Shown: piece by piece, positions 60,119 through 64,000 of the stretch | Position numbering within the stretch: the first letter of the stretch is position 1 | Layout: every line of letters begins with the position of its first letter | Assembly: GCA_965202605.1 (NCBI GenBank) | Contig: OZ241838.1 | Location: forward strand, 905,431-969,430 | Direction: 5' to 3' | DNA from: a bacterium | Lineage (GTDB): Bacteria > JAAXHH01 | Length of the DNA: 64,000 nt | Program-made: the position numbers and the translations under genes | Notes under the pieces: model-generated | The model's input: the letters and a program-made list of their open reading frames with translations, nothing else | What the model was told of the DNA's origin: nothing | Database searches by the model: none

Positions 60119-60405
60119 GAAAGGACTCCTCTTCCGGGTTGAATATCGTGAAAATCTTCTGGATATAAGAAGGTAGCAGGATCAAGCCCGTCGTACCGTA
60201 TGTTATCGCCGCATGTTCCGGTGATCTCGATTATAACGCATGAAGAACGATTCCGTTAGGCCAATCTGGCCGTATTGAAGAGTATGCGCTGTTTTCAATT
60301 GCAGTGACACCTGCCGGGTATATCTTAAAACCACACCAACTTCCCCGCGTTCAGCCCGGACAGGACCTGCAGTCTATTCCGACTTTCCAGGATGGAGGGA
60401 AACGC

Positions 60406-61383
60406 ATGTACCTTCATGATGTCGTCAACTGGACCGAATTCAACGACGATACGCTCAGTTTCTATCGCGCCATCAGCGTCGATATGATCCAGCTGGATCT
60501 CCGAACCGGCGGTCGGGTCGAGGCGGAACGGCACGTGAGGGCGGGTAAGGACAGTACGGAGCTTTTCGAACAGGCCCGGGAAAAGACGGAGTCCCACGGA
60601 CTGAAGCTGCAGACCGTATTCATGCCGGTCCTGGAGGGGATCACCCTCGCCACCGAGAACCGGGACGAGGAGATGGCGGCCTTTGTCCGGCTCATCGAAA
60701 GTCTTGGCAAGGCAGGAATACCGACGCTGGCATGGAATTTCAAGCCGATGGGGAACTTCCGTACCACCTCCGACATCGGCCGCGGCGGCGCGGTGTACAG
60801 TACCTTCGACTATGCCGAGTTTGACAAGAACCGTCCCCAACCGCACGAGCCGCCCGTTTCGGAGCCGGTAATGTGGGAAAACATGGTTTCCTTCATGCGC
60901 GCCGCGGTCCCGGCGGCCGAGCAGGCCGGGGTCAATCTCGCGCTCCACCCCGACGACCCGCCCATTCCCGAACCGCTGGGCGGTGTCGCGCAGATCTGTT
61001 CGACCTTGGATCATTTCCGGCGCATCTTCGACGCGTTTCCCAGCGACAGCCACAGGATGCTTTTCTGTCAGGGATGCATGACCGAACTGGCGGGACCACG
61101 GGACGTCTATGAGATCATCGCCGAGATGGCCTCCCGGAACAAGATCGCCCTGGTCCATTTCCGAAACGTCAGGGGCCGGCTGCCGAGATTCGCCGAGGTC
61201 TTCATCGACGAAGGCGAAGTGGATATGCGCCGGGCCATGGAAACCTACCGGGATAACGGGTACAGCGGGCCCTTCGGCATGGACCACACGCCGGGCTTCC
61301 CCCAGTCCATGGCCGGCCCGGCCGGCAAGGCCTATGCGAACGGTTACATCCGTGCGATGATCCAGACGGTCTACGGGCGGTAG
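60406..61383 (+). CDS. Mannonate dehydratase (UxuA-like)
   Basis: WNFKP, LALHPDDPP, FCQG, VHFRNV, FIDEGEVDM, DHTP and YANGYIRAM. Confidence 0.8.
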   Translation: MYLHDVVNWTEFNDDTLSFYRAISVDMIQLDLRTGGRVEAERHVRAGKDSTELFEQAREKTESHGLKLQTVFMPVLEGITLATENRDEEMAAFVRLIESLGKAGIPTLAWNFKPMGNFRTTSDIGRGGAVYSTFDYAEFDKNRPQPHEPPVSEPVMWENMVSFMRAAVPAAEQAGVNLALHPDDPPIPEPLGGVAQICSTLDHFRRIFDAFPSDSHRMLFCQGCMTELAGPRDVYEIIAEMASRNKIALVHFRNVRGRLPRFAEVFIDEGEVDMRRAMETYRDNGYSGPFGMDHTPGFPQSMAGPAGKAYANGYIRAMIQTVYGR

Positions 61384-61441
61384 GCGTGCGTACTGGTATT
61401 TCCCGCTTCGTGTTTACCATCGACAAGAAGGAGCATTTGCC

Positions 61442-62632
61442 GTGCGAATCACTCATTTCGAGATCCTGCGCGTTCCACCAAGCTGGGTATGGCTGAAGAT
61501 CCACACGGATACCGAACTGTTCGGCTGGGGCGAACCCTACCTGGAAAACCATCCTGAAAGCGTCATCGCCGAGGTGCGGCGCCTGGAGCCGTTGCTCGTC
61601 GGCAAAGATCCCTGTCGGGTGGAGTCGCTCTGGCATACCATGTACGAGGGCGGGTCGGGATATGTAGGCGGACCGGTGAAGATGAGCGCGATCAGCGGGA
61701 TCGACATGGCGCTCTGGGACCTTGCCGGCAAGGCCGCCGGGCTGCCCGTCCATGGCATGCTCGGCGGGGCCTGCCGTGACCGGATTCGCATGTACCGCGC
61801 GGTGGGCGGCCAGCTTCCCTGGTGCGTGGAACCCGGGCAACCCTACAACGAAGGCTATCATCCGTCGTATGACACGGACCTGGATTTCCCCGAGGCCCAT
61901 ACCGAGGCAGCCCGTGTCATCATCGAAGAATGGGGTTTCCGGTGCATGAAACTGCACGTGGGCATGGGTACCGGACTGGAGCCCACGTATGAGGTGGATC
62001 GCATCGCGGAAGCCTTCGCCGCCGTGCGGAAGGGCGCCGGTCCTGAAGTCGAAGTGGCCGTGGACATCCATAACCCCCACCCCGCGATGGCGAAACAGAT
62101 GATATCGGCCCTGACGCCGCACCGGCCCCTGTTCATCGAGGAACCCATGCCCGTGGAGCGGGTCGACGTGCTCGCGGACATCGCCCGCAACAGTGAAATC
62201 CCAATCGCGGCGGGGGAACGGTGGATGGGCAAGTGGATCTTCTACGATGCCCTGCGCAAGAACGCCCTCTCCGTGATGCAGCCGGACCTGTGCCACGCCG
62301 GCGGCATTACCGAGTGCCACAAGATCGCGGTGATGGGTGAAAGCGCCTACGCAAAGCTCGCCCTGCACTGCCCGCTGAGCCCGCTGGCCCTGGCCGCGTC
62401 CATACAGATCGACGCCTGCGCGTCGAACTTCCTGGTCCAGGAACACAACGAGGTCAATTGCCGGCGCGAGGACGGGCGGACGTTCATCGGCAAGGGCTAC
62501 TTCGCCGAGCCCTTCGTACTGGACGAGGACGGCTGCGTGGCGGTGCCCCAGGGTCCCGGGCTCGGCGTGGACATCGATCCGAAGGGCTTCGAGGAGATCA
62601 TGGCCCGACCATGGCGGGAAGTGCGCGGCTGA
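61442..62632 (+). CDS. Mandelate racemase/enolase-superfamily acid-sugar dehydratase (DgoD-like)
   Basis: GWGEP, SGIDMALWDLAGK, DIH, FIEEP, AGER, QPDLCHAGGITE and PGLGVD. Confidence 0.85.
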   Translation: MRITHFEILRVPPSWVWLKIHTDTELFGWGEPYLENHPESVIAEVRRLEPLLVGKDPCRVESLWHTMYEGGSGYVGGPVKMSAISGIDMALWDLAGKAAGLPVHGMLGGACRDRIRMYRAVGGQLPWCVEPGQPYNEGYHPSYDTDLDFPEAHTEAARVIIEEWGFRCMKLHVGMGTGLEPTYEVDRIAEAFAAVRKGAGPEVEVAVDIHNPHPAMAKQMISALTPHRPLFIEEPMPVERVDVLADIARNSEIPIAAGERWMGKWIFYDALRKNALSVMQPDLCHAGGITECHKIAVMGESAYAKLALHCPLSPLALAASIQIDACASNFLVQEHNEVNCRREDGRTFIGKGYFAEPFVLDEDGCVAVPQGPGLGVDIDPKGFEEIMARPWREVRG

Positions 62633-62693
62633 AACCAGACCGATTACCTCGAGCGCGGCGCCGATCGGTGGCCGTGCCGCGCCTGGCCTGGCC

Positions 62694-63860
62694 TTAAACG
62701 CGCACCCTCGCCCACCGCGCGGTCATGATGGCATCATCTCCCGCGTAGTAGACGACGAACACCTCGTCGTACGGGCGGACTGAGCGGTCCAGGCGGTCCA
62801 GGCGGTCTGCCAAACGCACCATGCGGGGATGGCCGTAGCGCCAGCGCTCCATGTCCCCCCACAGCTCGGACTGGGTGCGGCTGCCATGCGCGCCCGATTC
62901 GGAGCCGGCAGTGCTGTTGTAGACCAGAAGGTCCCGCTCACGGTCCCAGCTTTCCCCAAAATCCTCGCTGATGGATAGCACGATGCCCGGAGGATCCCGG
63001 CGCCGTGGATAGGCGGCCAGCAACCGATCGCCGCCCAGGGCAAGGGGCTGGCAGTGCTGACCGGGAAGTCCGGTGCCGCGCGGGACCGTCCACGAACGGC
63101 CATCCGGCGACCCCCAGGCGATATGGATGTCGATGTCGACGCCCGCTTCGAAATCGTGGGTCCAGAACGTGGCCGCCAGGCGGCCGTCAACAGGATGGAC
63201 GGCCAGCCGCTGGTCCCAGTAGGCCAGCGCGTTATCGGAGTGCTGCGCCACGGTAACGAACTCCGGCCAGGTCCGGCCCCCGTCCCGGGAGAAACGCAGC
63301 CTGGCCGCGGGCCGCCCCGGCGACGGATCCTCGTATTCCTTCCACTGTTCGTAGGGTTGCGCCAGGATCCCGCCAGGCAACCGGATGACGTGATGCGAAC
63401 AGGGGGAAGCGGCGAGATGGGGCGTCGTGTCCATGCGGCGCGGCGGCCCCCAGGTGAAGCCGCCGTCTTCTGAATCCACGTGCATGACGCGCATGGGCAG
63501 CAGGCCCTGCGTTTCCGGGTGGATGAAGGGCAGGTCCGGGTCCGAGCGGTCTACCCACAGGGCCGTGGCCGTCAGTCTGCCCGGCGCCAGTTCCGTGCTC
63601 GTAAGACCCTTCACTTCGCCCGGGATACCTTCCCACGATCCCTTCCCGTAGCCGTCGTAGCGAAGGTCCCAGGTGCGGCCCGTATCGGTGGTGGCCCATA
63701 TGCAGGCATGGCCGTCCACCGAATCGCGGGCCGATCCCCACCGGCCCGAGACGAGTATCGTGCCGTCCTGCAGCCGGTTTATGGTCGTGAAAGCGCAGTT
63801 CCTGCGGTGATCGGGAATGGCACGGCCGTCGCGGATCACGCCGGAATCAACGATTCGCAA
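62694..63860 (-). CDS. Sialidase-like / BNR (Asp-box) repeat protein
   Basis: Asp-boxes TTDTGRTW, SEDGGFTW, SRDGGRTW, SPDGRSW and SEDFGESW. Confidence 0.8.
   Translation of the reverse strand: MRIVDSGVIRDGRAIPDHRRNCAFTTINRLQDGTILVSGRWGSARDSVDGHACIWATTDTGRTWDLRYDGYGKGSWEGIPGEVKGLTSTELAPGRLTATALWVDRSDPDLPFIHPETQGLLPMRVMHVDSEDGGFTWGPPRRMDTTPHLAASPCSHHVIRLPGGILAQPYEQWKEYEDPSPGRPAARLRFSRDGGRTWPEFVTVAQHSDNALAYWDQRLAVHPVDGRLAATFWTHDFEAGVDIDIHIAWGSPDGRSWTVPRGTGLPGQHCQPLALGGDRLLAAYPRRRDPPGIVLSISEDFGESWDRERDLLVYNSTAGSESGAHGSRTQSELWGDMERWRYGHPRMVRLADRLDRLDRSVRPYDEVFVVYYAGDDAIMTARWARVRV
62784..62807. repeat. 9-bp in-frame tandem repeat (about 2.7 copies) near the 3' end of the BNR gene
   Basis: gcggtccag x2 + gcggtc; encodes DRLDRLDR. 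Confidence 0.7.
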
Positions 63861-63899
63861 ACAAGGCCCCCAAACCGTAACATACCCTCGGACAGTGTA

Positions 63900-63998
63900 T
63901 TACGCGTTTTTGTTCCAGTGATCAATCAGTGCGGATTCGTCGTAGGACACGACCTTGCAGGCGACGTCCGAGGCACGGAACATCTCCCACTGCCTTTC
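63900..63998 (-). CDS. 3' end of a CDS of unknown function entering from beyond the window
   Basis: Open frame ERQWEMFRASDVACKVVSYDESALIDHWNKNA* ending at TAA 63900-63902. Confidence 0.5.
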   Translation of the reverse strand, partial: ERQWEMFRASDVACKVVSYDESALIDHWNKNA

Positions 63999-64000
63999 CG

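Overview
This is a GC-rich bacterial chromosome segment of about 52 densely packed CDS, including partial genes at both ends and one broken gene. I found no rRNA, tRNA, CRISPR array, transposase or integrase. The kdsB-kdsA-lipid A acyltransferase-lptCAB genes indicate a diderm cell. An FCB-group affiliation (Gemmatimonadota/Latescibacterota-like) is only an inference from the rpoN-hpf-hprK-ptsH-ptsI layout and a T9SS/FlgD-type C-terminal domain. The housekeeping genes are pepA, ileS, pyk, uvrD/pcrA, gatC, prs, gcvT and ppx. They are interleaved with many catabolic genes: a DapA-family lyase, IlvD/Edd, UxuA and enolase-family dehydratases, two PhyH dioxygenases, a sialidase-like protein, SSS/TRAP/MFS/ABC transporters and a Tat-exported GMC oxidoreductase. 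The most notable observations are: (1) a SigW-like ECF sigma with a self-type promoter, paired with an anti-sigma that fuses a zinc anti-sigma domain, an internal signal-peptide-like segment, a beta-helical (bactofilin-like) repeat domain and a polytopic membrane domain; (2) a 38-bp gene-overlap junction triplicated in tandem, which creates a chain of 18-aa overlapping mini-ORFs ahead of an IlvD/Edd gene, one of several short tandem duplications at gene boundaries; (3) a type-2 IleRS with GVHH instead of HIGH; (4) a two-subunit FDH resembling the tungsten-dependent FDH1 type; (5) a kinase resembling plant L-arabinokinase next to a sugar-1-phosphate nucleotidyltransferase; (6) a Tat-exported PLP aminotransferase behind the GMC operon; (7) an internally deleted sulfatase. 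All functional calls come from motif recognition by eye; no searches were run.
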